NCBI RefSeq assembly: GCF_963506605.1
Contig: NC_083280.1
Span: 44,826,001-44,890,000 of the forward strand
Length of the DNA stretch: 64,000 nucleotides
Reading direction: 5' to 3'
Source: Zootoca vivipara
Lineage: Eukaryota
Of the stretch, positions 37,090-49,361 are shown one piece after another. Every line of letters starts with the position of its first letter. Within the stretch, counting starts at the first letter, position 1. The translations under genes and the position numbers were made by a program. The notes below the pieces were generated by a model, which searched no databases, was not told the DNA's origin, and was given only the letters and a program-made list of their open reading frames with translations.

Positions 37090-37825
37090 CTCTATTTGAA
37101 GAGCAGATTCTGTTGAAAGGGAAGCCTTGAAATTGCGCATCAAGAGATAGCACCTGGTCAGGTTACCTGGTCAGTCTTCCTCATGATGATGCAATGGATT
37201 GTAGTTCTAGTTACATTCTAGCAAGCGTTTCCAAATCTGCACCAACGCAGATAAATGCAAATGTAAAGCAAATCTGTGCCTTCTTTGGTCTTTTTCCCCC
37301 CTGAGTGAGGCATTTCTTATTTTTTAAGCAGTCCAAAAGTGGCCACCCTAAATTGACCAGAGCTAAGATGAAACTCCAACTGGAATTTATGGTAGTGAAT
37401 CTGTGCAATTTTATTTGCATGCTGAGCACTTTGAGGTGCTTTTGATATGACAACTTCACTCCTTGTTCTACAGTAGCTAACTGGGGCATGTCTAGCAGCC
37501 AATGCAGAAAGACAGCAGAGAGCCTGACTTGATTTATGTAGCCCAAAGGAGCTAACTTCTAGGCCCTCCCAATAAAATATTCAAGGGGGCTTCCCCACCC
37601 ACAAAGTTGATGGGCATTGCCATTCAAATGGTGTGCTTGCACCATGTCTTGTGATCTAATTATGTGGGGTGGTGCTTCCCTGCCCCCCATATTTTATTCA
37701 AGATGAGACCCCTGATCTGGCCCTTCTCGGGATAGCCACCTTGACTATCATCAAAATCGCCTCCTCCTCCACCACATTTGTGCAGTGCTCAGTGAGCAAA
37801 ATGTTGAATGCACTTTATCTCAGTA

Positions 37826-38066
37826 CAGTGGAACCTCGGTTGTCAAACGTAATCCATTCCGGAAGACTATTTGACTTCCGAAACGTTTGACAACTGAGGC
37901 ACAATGGGCAGTTGGCAATTTCAATGGAAAAAATGGAGAAATGTGCCTCGGAAGCCATTCGACTTACGAGGTGTGTTTGAAAACGGAAGCATTCACTTCC
38001 AGGTTTTTGGTGTTTGGGTTCCGAATCATTCAGCTTCCGAGACGCTCGAAAATCGAGGTTCCACTG
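37826..38066. mobile_element. Tc1/mariner (Tigger-like) MITE
   Basis: TA|cagtggaacctcggtt ... aatcgaggttccactg|TA. Confidence 0.88.
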
Positions 38067-38132
38067 TAACTTCTACAACGGCCTTGTAATATGAATCAGC
38101 GTCATTGCTTCTGCATTTGCATAAGGCTTCCA

Positions 38133-38479
38133 CTGTGGGTTAAACCACAGAGTCTAGAGCTTGCTGATCAGAAGGTCGGCGGTTCGAATCCCTGCAACGG
38201 GGTGAGCTCCCGTTGTTCGGTCCCAGCTCCTGCCCACCTAGCAGCTTGAAAGCACATCAAAGTGCAAGTAGATAAATAGGGACCGCTCTGGCGGGAAGGT
38301 AAATGGCGTTTCCGTGCGCTGCTCTGGTTCGCCAGAAGCAGCTTTGTCATGCTGGCCACATGACCCGGAAGCTGTCTGCGGACAAACGCCGGCTCCCTCG
38401 GCTGATAGAGCGAGATGAGCGCCGCAACCCCAGAGTCAGACACGACTGGACCTGATAGTCAGGGGCCCCTTTACCTTTT
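38133..38479 (+). mobile_element. Sauria SINE, second subfamily, slightly 5'-truncated
   Basis: ctgtgggttaaaccacag...ggttcgaatccc (B box)...gagtcagacacgact...cctttaccttt. Confidence 0.9.
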
Positions 38480-39507
38480 CCCACATACAGGAAACTCCCA
38501 ACTTATGAGGTGATTACGTTCAAAGGCACTGTGCCTTTAAGTGAAATTGTGTATACTTAAAGGCCATTCCTGGCTCAGAGTGCATACTCTTTGTCCCTGC
38601 ACTGCATACAGCATCTTTAATGGGCCCTTTCTCTCCACCCCACCCCCACCCCAAATCTAGCAGCAAACATGCCAAATTGCAAAGCATATGAACTGCATTT
38701 GCACCAAAACATTGCTGTCTAAAAGCTCGTGGTTGACTTTAAAATCACAAGATTTAAAAATAATGCAATGACAACTTTTCATTTGCCTTCTGGTTCATTG
38801 TGAGCGGGCAGAACTGTACAATTCAGTACATCACATGAACAGATGTGACACTTTCCCCTGGGAACAGAATCGGCTTCATAGCAGGAATAGCCAGCTGTCC
38901 TGTGGCAGCACTGGAGGCAAGCCGACCATCAGCTCTGTCGAGGATGAGAGGCGGGTTAGTCAAGCCAACTTGTTTCCTTCACTAAGGCCCAGTCCTGAGG
39001 TGATACTCTTAGGTCACAAGACAGGAATTGGCTCTCCAACATTTCAACACTGACATCTAAACATGGTGCTTTTTTGACACCACATAATTTGCAAGTTTCA
39101 AGCCAGGTAAGTAACTATAGCAGAAGCCAAATGATAAGTACTTAGATCTTGCATACAGCTAATATTCCTTGCTTGATCTTTTGGAGCTTTCCAACCTTAT
39201 TCATTGACCATTTATGGACCACAAGCCAGTGACCCAAAAAAAATAAAATAGTAGTTTTAGGTCAGAGTATACAGAAACCCCAAAGCAAAACTCAGTAATT
39301 TTCTCAGAGGAAAGCTTCTGGTTTTTGGTAAATCAAGTAAGCTCCGACATATAAGAAAATATACACAAAATTGCATGCTGATTAACATTGCCCTACTCTA
39401 GATGGGAACAAGCTACAAAACAGGGCAAAAGCCTTGCAGTTGCATTACCACAACATTTACTGCCTGTGATGTAGATCCTTCTATCTCTGAGAGAAGCAAA
39501 GCAAATG

Positions 39508-39681
39508 CCGTATATTCCGGCATATAAGACGACTGGGCGTATAAGACGACCCCCAACTTTTCCAGTTAAAATATAGAATTTGGGATATACTTGCTGTATA
39601 AGAAATACGACCTGGCATATAAGACGACCCCCGACTTTTAAGAAGATTTTCCTGGGATAAAAAGTAGTCTTATACGCAGTA
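39508..39681. mobile_element. Tc1/mariner-like MITE (CCGTA-type end)
   Basis: Start ccgtatattccggcatataagacgac, repeated tataagacgac motifs, and the inverted gtcttatacg near the end. Confidence 0.7.
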
Positions 39682-42600
39682 TGTTAGCAAATACGTTAGC
39701 ATGGACGTATGCTGAATTTCCCACACAGGTAAAGAGCTTGGAACCAGAGTAAATTGGTTGCACTTAGTTCCCATTGAAAACAGTGGGACTTCATGCCTAA
39801 CTTGTTTTCATTCCCAGAAAGTGAAATCTGCTTTGATTCATAATTCTGAAATAGGGCCTGGAGGGCTGGAACAGAAATGGATAGAAGCCTGTCTAAAAAT
39901 AAAACTGCGCTGTTGCGGTGGTGGTGATGATGATGATTTTATTTATTAACTGCATGGTTACATATAGTGAATAACAGATTAAATAGTGGGAAGGCGATCA
40001 TATCTTCCTGTTTGCTTTACAACCTGTGGCCAGTACTTTGCTTTGAAAAGATGTCATTCGTATGGCTTGAGTTAATCATTGTTACAAAGTGCATTTTTCA
40101 TAAGAAGTTAATTATCTTTCCAAGCCCAGCCTTGCCTTATTTTGGACTCTGGTCTTGCACAGATGATAAGTGTAAATTCATATTGTTTCTGGCACACTTG
40201 AGTGGCCTGTGGATCGGTAGGGTCTTTCTGCACTGTGCTTTTGTAGGCCCAAACTGCATTCTAACATTTGTGTACTGCACCTGCAAGTCCCCTTTCAACA
40301 GCAGGATCCACCCCCCCCCCCACATAACTGAGGGGAGAAGAGACTTGCTGGGAATGGGGTATGGGATAAGTGCATTGCTGCCCTTTGAACCTTCTTTAAA
40401 TAATAAAAAATCTGGTTACTTGGGCCTTCCAGCCCATGTGGGGAGAAGAGCATGACTTCAAATTAGTTAAAACTGAATGTTAACAAAGGATGCCGAGGAT
40501 AAACTTGTTGGTGTTACCTCCTTTTAAAGAGGAGGGGTAAGGGCTGCTGTGCTAAAAGAACTCCATGGCTCCTAAAGGATGATTTTAAAAAGAAAAGGAG
40601 TGACCATAGAAGGATAAATATGTCTCCAGTTGAGTGGTGATTAACTTGTGGCTCTTCAGATGCTGTTTAATTACAGCTCTCATCATCCCTCCCCATTGGT
40701 CATACTGGTCTGGGGCTGAGAGGAGTTGGAGTTCAACAACACCTAGAGGGCCACAGTTTACCCACACCTCCTTCTGCCATTCTACCAACTCCAGTGCAAA
40801 TGTTGGAGGCACAGACGGATGGAAGAATTACGCTGAGCACAAAATAGGTTTCCTATGTAACCATGACACAGGCCAGCATAACTTAAAAGGAGTCAAATCT
40901 CTCGAGACGCTGCACTATTTCTGCCTGGACTTGATAAATTTGTTCTGCTCCTCCCCAATTCCTTGAGGGAACCTAGCCACTTTTGTCCTCACAATGCAAT
41001 AGTGTAATGTTGATTTAGCCATTAGCCCCCTCCCCAGCTGTTTTTAGGCACACTGTCATTTTGCTGTTTGTTTGTTTGTTTGTCTAAAGTGTCACTTTAC
41101 AGTTAAAGTTCATAATTGAAAGCTCGTTCCAGAGATGGACATGAATTTGAGATTTGGAAGCCATAGCCAGATGTTAAAAGGATGCACATGAGAATAAAAA
41201 GAGGAGGTAGCATGTTCACTGGCCCCGGCCCCCAATGTCTGCATCTGGACCAGCTTCACCCCTTCCCCCTTCTCATGTTGACATTAAAAGTCTGAAGCTG
41301 AGTTCTTAGTGCATTTGGGTGAAAGTGCTTAGAATCTTTGCAATCAGGGTTCCTGGAAGTTGGGAGTGGGCCTCTTCTTCACTTCATTCCCAAAACATTC
41401 TTTGAATTCTTCAACAGGGCTACTGTCACCAGCCAATCAGAACTATGCACAGTTGACATCAGTTGCTAGCTAGCAGAACTCAGTTCAACCTTGGGGGTAA
41501 ATTAATAGTTTGTTTAAACAGACCCTGGTCAGTGCACTTCCAGAGTGAAGATCTGCAGCATGTTGCATAATCTGTAAATCACTAGAAAGGATTCATACCG
41601 GTAGGATACCAAAATTACAACAATGTCTCAAAAACCAACAACATGCAAAGGTTGAACTTACTTTTGGCAAGAATGGAAAGATCACTAAATCAAGATCAGA
41701 GCTTAAAAATCCAAGTTACTACAGGTAGATGATTGCCTATGGTAAAATTTTGCACATCAAACAAGATGTATGATCATCGCCTTTATCACATTCCAACATC
41801 ACACCAAGAAATGGAACCCAGGGCAGGAATATGCACGCGAGAGGGCTGAGATAGCAGCTGGTTCAGTTTTAAAATGCTCCCTATTGGGTTCCATGGGACA
41901 AAGTAAATAGGTTACATTCAGGCAGGAAGCCTTTCCCAGCCCCACCTAGATGCTGAGCTTGAGAGCCACTGTCACTGAGCTACAGCCCTTTCTTGTATTT
42001 CTGCCCTCCAGAAGCACCACTATTGCTACCCACATGCCCCCCCCGGCACCATTATCCCACTCACTCTGTGGTGGTCTAACAAAGATGGCACATCATTCTG
42101 TGCTAACAAAGAAAGAATATGATTGGCTAGTTGCAGTTACCAAATACCCAGATGTATGTTAAATTTATTGTTTTTCATTGAGCTCACTTTTACTTTTTTA
42201 GATTATTTTAAATAATCTTACACCCTTTCCTCCCATGTTTTAGAACCATGTATTTTTGTAACCTGAAAGGGGCAGGGGAGACTTAAGAGGCTGTTTCTAT
42301 AACTCCAGGTCAGCTAAAGGAAAAGACACAATGCGAAAGAGTAGACCCACTGAAATTCATGGGCTTAAAAGTCCATTGATTTCAATGGGCCTACTCGGAA
42401 TGTGATTGATGTTGGCTATCACTCAGTGTATTTATACAATGACAGCCAAACAAGCATTGCATCCTATACTTAGTAAGGTGAGGGATAGGATGGGATCTTA
42501 GGAATGGCATGAGAAGTAGCTGTGCCCTTTTACCAGAACTGGGACCATAATCCTATGTGAAGCTTGGGGGACGTGTGTATGAAAACTTGTCTGTAAAACA

Positions 42601-43806
42601 GTTAGAAGCATAGAATTGTAGACTTGTTTGTGTTCCATAAAGGACAGATAGTGGTAAAGAAAAGAAAACTCAGTTCTTAAAAAAAAATTAAAAACAGTAA
42701 CCCCTAAAATATGACTTAAATAGAATAAGCTTAGTGCCTACATCATTCTGCTTGATGAGGTCTAGTTGTGGCCCAAATAGTCTTCTCTTCCCGAGCAACA
42801 ATTCTAATGGAATATTATCCCACTCCCCATCCAGACAGTTCCTTCTATGGTATCTGTAGCTGTTTTTCATGCCTCAAAGTTGGCATGAGACCAGACACCA
42901 AACCAAACGCCTTTGGTTTCCTGATTCTTCCTCTGGGGCCTCTTTTATAGCTCAATCTTTAAAAGAAACTAACTGCAAGAGAGACAGATTTGTCCCCAGG
43001 AGGCTGCATTTTTATGACAGCAATATTGCCACTTGGAAAGCCCACAAAAGGGATATCTTCTTTCTCATGTCACAAATGATAAAAGCAGGTTAATCAGGCG
43101 GAGACCATGCCTCACAAAAAGTGTTTCCCCTAGCCAGGGTGGTCTTGCCTTGGGCTCACCTGCCAGTCAAAAGCATGGCGTGGGGTGTTTCACACATTTC
43201 TGCAGCATCTGATGCAGACCACCACTAGAGGCAGGAGACTGGGTGGAAGAGGCTGTTGCATAGATCCCAAAATGGAGCTGTAACGTAAACCAGCAGAAAG
43301 TTTTTTTAAAAAAATAAGAAGTCTCGATAATCACCAAAGTGGATGAAAGGATTTTGACCCTTCGGCAGTTTCTGATCTCTTTTGCCTGTCTCAAGTTTGG
43401 TTAACTATTTATAGAGTGAAAGAATGTCTCCAACTCATAAACAGCCGTTTCCATAACTACTTCCCACATCCAGCACAGCCGCAGCAGAGCAGATTCATAC
43501 AAACATCCTGCTTCATCTGGATTTGGGGTGGGTGGGGGTCATGGTGGGTTGTTTATTAGTATTTCAGTTTTCACAATCAGCAGTTTCAGGGAGGGTGTTG
43601 AAAGGCAGCTGAAAGTTTAACATGAGAATGCTGACGAAGCTGATGGGAAGGAATGATGGGTGTAAGTGTGGTATGTGAGAGGCAGAAGGGATTAATGAAC
43701 AAAATCTGAAAGGGCAGCTAGCCAAACTGGAGGTGACTCGAAACTGGACATGAAAGCAATTAATGTAAATGTCTTCTATTATGTAAACAGCAGCCCTGGG
43801 AATCCT

Positions 43807-44281
43807 TTTTTTAAAATAATAATAATAATAATAATAATAATAATTTTAATTGGTTTTACAACAAAAAACAGCAAAAACAAACAGCACAATAAAACACAAT
43901 AAAACAGAATAACATAACAATAAAAAAGAAACACAAAAATCCAAATACACAATCCTTTTCTTTTAACATTGTATGAAGGGACTTCCTCGAGTTCCCTCCA
44001 TCTGCGGTTCATTTCTCCTTTATCTTTAGCAATTTCCAATCCATTGTTAAAAATTCCTTACAATTTCAAATCTCTCATACATCTATTTACTTCACATAAT
44101 TCCCAAATCCACAGTTTCTAAATCTAATCTCAATATACAATTTTACCATATTTTTTTAAAGTAAATTTTAAAATCTTTCCACTCTTCTTATGTCGCTTCT
44201 TCCCGGTCGCAAATTCTCCCGGTCATCTCAGCCAGTTCCATATACTCCATCATCTTCATTTGCCAATCATCCTCTGTTGGT
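43807..44281 (-). mobile_element. 5'-truncated L1/Tx1-like LINE 3' end
   Basis: 18-bp TSD agcagccctgggaatcct at 43789-43806 and 44282-44299; ORF2 C-terminal remnant DDWQMKMMEYMELAEMT; A/(ATT)-rich tail. Confidence 0.85.
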
Positions 44282-44640
44282 AGCAGCCCTGGGAATCCTG
44301 ACCAGCTCACTGGGACCATAGGCAGCAGGTCTGGAAAAAAATACCCACCACCAGCATTGGCATTAACAGAAGATTCTCTCTCACTGCAAAGAACAGCTTG
44401 CTCAGGAGCAATTTTCATGGGGACCACAGTAGCACAGAGTGGATGGGATTCTAACCTAAAGTATTATCTTCTCTCATACCCGGTACATACCCAGCCAATC
44501 CCTGCACTCTGCTGGAGAGGGCATCCTACAGATAGCATTTTATCAGGAGGTCCTTCGGCATAATGCCTGAACTGGATTTTTAGGCTAGTGAGATGTACCC
44601 TTTTGGAACAGCTTGCCATGGTATAACGGACAGGTGCTGT

Positions 44641-44738
44641 CTCTACTCTACTCTACTCTACTCTACTCTACTCTACTCTACTCTACTCTACTCTACTCTA
44701 CTCTACTCTACCCTACCCTACCCTACCCTACCCTACCC
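44641..44738. repeat. Compound pentanucleotide microsatellite (CTCTA)n(CCCTA)n
   Basis: Seen in sequence. Confidence 0.95.
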
Positions 44739-45448
44739 ATCTTTTAAAGGTGCTGTCTCTATTCTAGTGTTCCTGTTAAAGACTTTCTTCTTTCCATAAG
44801 CCACTTAAGTGGAGATGTATGTTTTGGATTTGAAATTGACTTTTTAATATCTATTTTTTTAAATTGTATTTTTTTATATGCAATTGTTTTAACAGTTTTT
44901 ATAGATATGAATATATATACATATAGTTCAGCTCTAACTGAGCCAGAATGTTGGTGTGCATCCTGCTGAAGGAGATGCATAATGTATGGGCAACATTTTC
45001 ACTCTAACTGAAATCTGAAAGTGCCTCTGCTCTCCATCTGGGTTCCTGATCTAGAGAAGACCTGCATGTGCAAGACCTGCTTCCGGGGGCAGATCATTTT
45101 ATTTGGGCTGGTGCACAGAATTCAGTTTCAGGAAAGAGAGAAACAAACAAGAGCCAAGACTCTAGTCTACAGGAACTGTGGTGGATGAGGAGAAAAACGA
45201 AGGCAGCATCATTTGCCTTTTCACCCAATTATGCTTTCATGCAGTACATGTAGTTATTACTGTATATTTGTGGTGTGATATTCAGATGTCTCTTTCCAAA
45301 GCAGTGCTTCTATTGCAGATGACTTGGTTCCCCCCTGCACTCAGTCCCTGCTTTCACACCACTGCTCACCTGTTTGGAAGGGAGAGCTGGCTCAAATCCA
45401 GCCCTCCTTTCCCCCCTCCAATCTCCACCCTTTCCCCATTGTAACAAG

Positions 45449-45594
45449 CCGTCTTTTTTGTGGGTACGCGGGGTTACGCATACCCCTAAACATTTTGTGA
45501 ATCTAAGTTTGGCCTCATTGAGGGGAAGTATATCAATATGAATAGGAAAATGAGAGTACCCCTAAACATTTTTTAAGAAAAAAAAAAAGCACTG
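45449..45594. mobile_element. hAT-type MITE with cagtgcttttt-class ends
   Basis: Right end aaaaaagcactg; degenerate left end; perfect 8-bp TSD gtaacaag. Confidence 0.85.
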
Positions 45595-46095
45595 GTAACA
45601 AGTACATTTGCAGCACTGAGGGATTGTTGCTGAGATTAATCGCCTGGAACTATGTGCTCAGCAGCCCCACCCTTAAATTTGTATATCTGTGTTTAAGGGA
45701 GGGGGGGTCTAACAGGGGCTGGATTTATGATACCTGAGGATTGCTTCATAAGCAGATAACTTGATTTCTATCTACTTGATTGCACTTGACAGTTGGCTGC
45801 TTAATGCATAATGCTTAATGCATAAAGCGGCACCGCTGAAAAACATTTTGCTTGAGGTGCTGTGTGATGCAATATTAAAGGTACCCCTATAGCAATGGAT
45901 TGGCAATGGCTCCTTCACAGATAGAAGTTGTCACTTCACCTCATACGTGTGTGTGTGGCAGCCCAAGTTTTCCACACTATATAGTTTCCCCGTACAGCTT
46001 GTTCTAACAGGTCTCTGGAAAAGCTAGCACACTGGGTGGATCATTTACTGTACTACATTACCAGATAGTATACTGTATATAATGCATATATCATA

Positions 46096-46688
46096 TTGTT
46101 GGTGTCTGCCAGTCTCGAGAGACAATGGAGTGCGCCTTCAGGGGTGAAGACAAAGGGCTGTATTAGAAGCACCGACGTGACCTCCCTGGGGCACAAACCT
46201 GGGCAGTGAGTATGGATGTCCTGGTCTGCCCAGATGACAAGACCCCCCTCTTGGCCTCACTGATGTGGTCCAAAGATAAGCAGAGCGATATGTTTCACAC
46301 CAGCTTGGCTGTAGGTGTTACCGGAAGGAGATGTACAAAGCGCCATCTAGCCCTCTTAAGGACTCCACTCCAAATTGGCGTTGGGTTTATTCTTTAGCCA
46401 TTTCCTTTCCTGAAGATGTCCCACAAGGCAGCAGAGGTTGAGGATTGGAGTTTTCCTTCTACTAGAATCCTAGATGGACTACCTTCCTAGGTTGACAAGC
46501 CCCATCTGCTCCTCACTTCCCTCTAAATGTGCAGAAACTGCCGCCTTGACCATTGGACCTACGATTGATCTTGTCTCCTCAATCCACTGTTGCCTGTCCT
46601 CACATGCAGGGGAAGTCCTTAACTCACTGTGGGTTTAAAACCCATCAGTTGCCCCTCACTTGGTTTAGCTGGCCAGTTGAAGCCGTTC
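46096..46688 (-). mobile_element. RTE-derived non-autonomous retroelement (5' UTR-like plus 3' end)
   Basis: ggagttttccttct...tagatggactaccttcctaggttgacaagccc resembles a reversed RTE 5' UTR; the left end gtctcgagagacaatggagtgcgcc resembles an RTE 3' end. Both from recall. Confidence 0.5.
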
Positions 46689-46689
46689 A

Positions 46690-46853
46690 AGGAGAAGGGG
46701 ACGACAGAAGACGAGATGGTTGGACAGTGTTCTCAAAGCTACGAACATGAGTTTGACCAATCTGCGGGAGGCAGTGCAAGACAGGAGTGCCTGGCGTGCT
46801 ATGGTCCATGGGGTCACGAAGAGTCGGACACGACTAAACGACTAAACAACAAC
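46690..46853 (+). mobile_element. BovB LINE 3' fragment
   Basis: ...ggggtcacgaagagtcggacacgactaaacgactaaacaacaac; nearly identical to the other two BovB copies. Confidence 0.92.
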
Positions 46854-47645
46854 ACCAAAATCTGGTCACCATGAAGAAGAAGAGAGAGGTTTAGAATCGC
46901 ACAGCATGTAATTGCAGAACATGGCGCATGAATGTAGACAAAATAGTTCCAGAATAATAGGTGGGTGGCAGCTACAAAAGGTCTTGGAAATAACGGTGCT
47001 GAGATAGTTCTACAACATCCTCAGAACAGGCCTTGTTCACTGCCATTTTGTATTTTGCGCTTTGTCTCCTTCAGACTGTTCTTCTGGTGCTACTTACTAC
47101 TGCAAGTTTAGGACTAGGGAATGTTGTGTTCCCATTAAGTGCAGGCATGTTGCCTTCCAGTTCAAAGGTCATCTTGCAGTGAATTTAAGAACGAGATTCA
47201 GCAGGCCCCATTTCTCATTTTCTTTAACTATCTAATCCCCAGTGCATTCATTGAAATTAATCGACATGTGAAGTGTGGCTGATGACGTCGACAACATCTG
47301 GAGGGCCACAGATTTCACATCCCGCCGTAACTGTTCATTCATTTAACACAATATTTAAGGATCGCAGGCAAATAATTGCTCATTTTTCTTGAGGAATTTA
47401 TATCTTCTGGATCCTGGCTGTATTCCGATTTCTACCTCCCTCTCATTGTTCCCAATGATGGGAAAGTTTTACCATCTGATATCTGCCGAGTTATTAAATC
47501 TGCTGTATTTAAGCACCTGTATAAAAACCCCTTGCCTGCCATGCTCCGAAATCTATTCTTTTTTACATTGTTGTTTATTATTTATTTATTATAATTATAA
47601 CAGCATACATAATTATAACACAAAATGAATGAGAATATAACCTAA

Positions 47646-48170
47646 TAACATAAGAAGAGCCTGCTGGATCAGGCCAATGGCCCATTCAGTCCAGCATCCT
47701 GTTCTCACAGTGGCCAGCCCATGGGAAACCAGCAAGCAGGCCCTGAGCCCAAGACCCTCTCCCCTTCTGTGGCTTCCTGCACCTGGTATTCAGAAGCATA
47801 ACTTCCTCCAACTGTGGAGGCCAAGCATAAGCATCACAGCTAGTAGCTGGTAATAGCTGTACAGTGGTGCCTCGCTTAACGAATGCCCTGCTTAACGAAA
47901 GGATTTTTCGAGCGGAGGTTGCCTCGCTAGACGAATGTGTTTTACGAAAAATTCGTCTAGCGAATCGCGGTTTCCCATAGGAATGCATTGAAATTCAATT
48001 AAATGTGTTCCTATGGGCAAAAAAAGTCAAAAAAAATTCAATGCATTCCTATGGGATTCGCTAGACGAATTTTTTCGCTATAAGAAAAGACCCGTGGAAC
48101 GAATTAATTTCGTCTAGCGAGGCACCACTGTATCACCCATGAATTTGTCCAATCCTCTTTCAAAGCCACT
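47646..48170 (-). mobile_element. CR1-type LINE 3' fragment interrupted by a Tigger-like MITE
   Basis: aacataagaagagcctgctggatcaggccaatggccc... resumes after 48132 with ccatgaatttgtccaatcctcttt. Confidence 0.75.
47862..48130. mobile_element. Tc1/mariner (Tigger-like) MITE, young
   Basis: TA|cagtggtgcctcgct ... agcgaggcaccactg|TA. Confidence 0.93.
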
Positions 48171-48270
48171 CAATCATAATTGAATAAACAACAAAACCAT
48201 GATCTCCCCAAAAGTCAGTTTTACTTGCAAGTTCACCCTCACAGATACACAAAATAGTTCGGTGGCTTAC

Positions 48271-48399
48271 CGGCTTTTTTTCCAGCTGAAACACACCGGA
48301 ACTCAGTTCTGGCACCTCTCAGGTAGGTGCCATTATAAGAGAACAAGCGAGGCCTTCATGGTGAATTCTGGCACCTCTTTTTCTAGAAAAATAGCACTG
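48271..48399. mobile_element. hAT-type MITE
   Basis: Right end aaaaatagcactg; near-TSD ggcttac / ggcttaac. Confidence 0.65.
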
Positions 48400-48667
48400 G
48401 GCTTAACCATTCTTGCCTCATAGTAGAATTTTTGACAAGTGCCAGCTAGATTGCTGAACCTTCTTTTGGCTTCTGCCACAGTTCACGTGGAACGAGCAAA
48501 AAATCTGTAAGCATATTCGCACTTAATTGAGAATTTATGTATGAAGTAGACATTTAATCACATAAATCCTACCCAGAGGAACGGTTCCTGCTATTCCTAA
48601 TATCCCTGTTTGTTATGACCTTTGCCCATCCCACTTGCCTATGAAGTAAAATTTAAGCTGGTTCCTA

Positions 48668-49361
48668 TGAACCCAGAGAAATGGATCCTGACCCAGGGAG
48701 AGCCCAAGGATCCAGGCAAGCAGGCACAATGTTGCCGCTGGCCGTAGAATGACAGAGACCAAACTAAGGCTGTCAAAAGCAAAGTACAGTTTATTAAAGA
48801 ATAAAAAACTGTTGCAACAGGGTCCTTCCTCTCCCGCAGGAGAACAAGGAAGGAACCCCAAACAAAGGTGTCTTGCCCTTAAAAAGAAATTTGAAATTGG
48901 TTTCAGCCCACCCCCCAGAAGCATCATCCATATGTCACAGAAGGGGTGTAGCCCAAGACCCCTCTCCCTAGATTCATCATAGGTACATCATGAAAGGGGA
49001 GGTCTGGTGGCAGTAATCTGAGCAGTCTGGACCCTGCCCCCTGCCCCCAAAACCTAATCAACAAAAAAGAGAGATATTTACATTTCCCTGTTTCCCAGCC
49101 AAGTTAATCACACCCTTTTGTCTGGCACCCAGGTATCAGGATGCCAGGGATTATCACTTTCAATTCCTGAGACAATGAGAAGGTTCCCCCCACCCCCCTT
49201 CTTCCTTGCAGAGGAACACCTGGTCAGAGAGAGAGAGTCAAAATGGTGTCAGTCAGGCCTGTCTTCCTGTGCTGCTTCAGACATGTTTCTGTACATTCAT
49301 GTACATGTTTTATGAACAATTATTATATATATATATATATGACCTTAAAATTCTTATAACA
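48668..49361 (-). mobile_element. Solo LTR, ERV-like (694 bp)
   Basis: Minus strand reads TGTTATAAGAA...CTGGGTTCA (TG...CA); 4-bp TSD ccta at 48664-48667 and 49362-49365; minus-strand AATAAA at 48790-48795, about 120 bp from the 3' end. Confidence 0.7.

Noticed and set aside
44641-44738. Telomere-like repeat
   Set aside because: The unit is a pentamer (CTCTA/CCCTA), not the vertebrate CCCTAA; an ordinary microsatellite.
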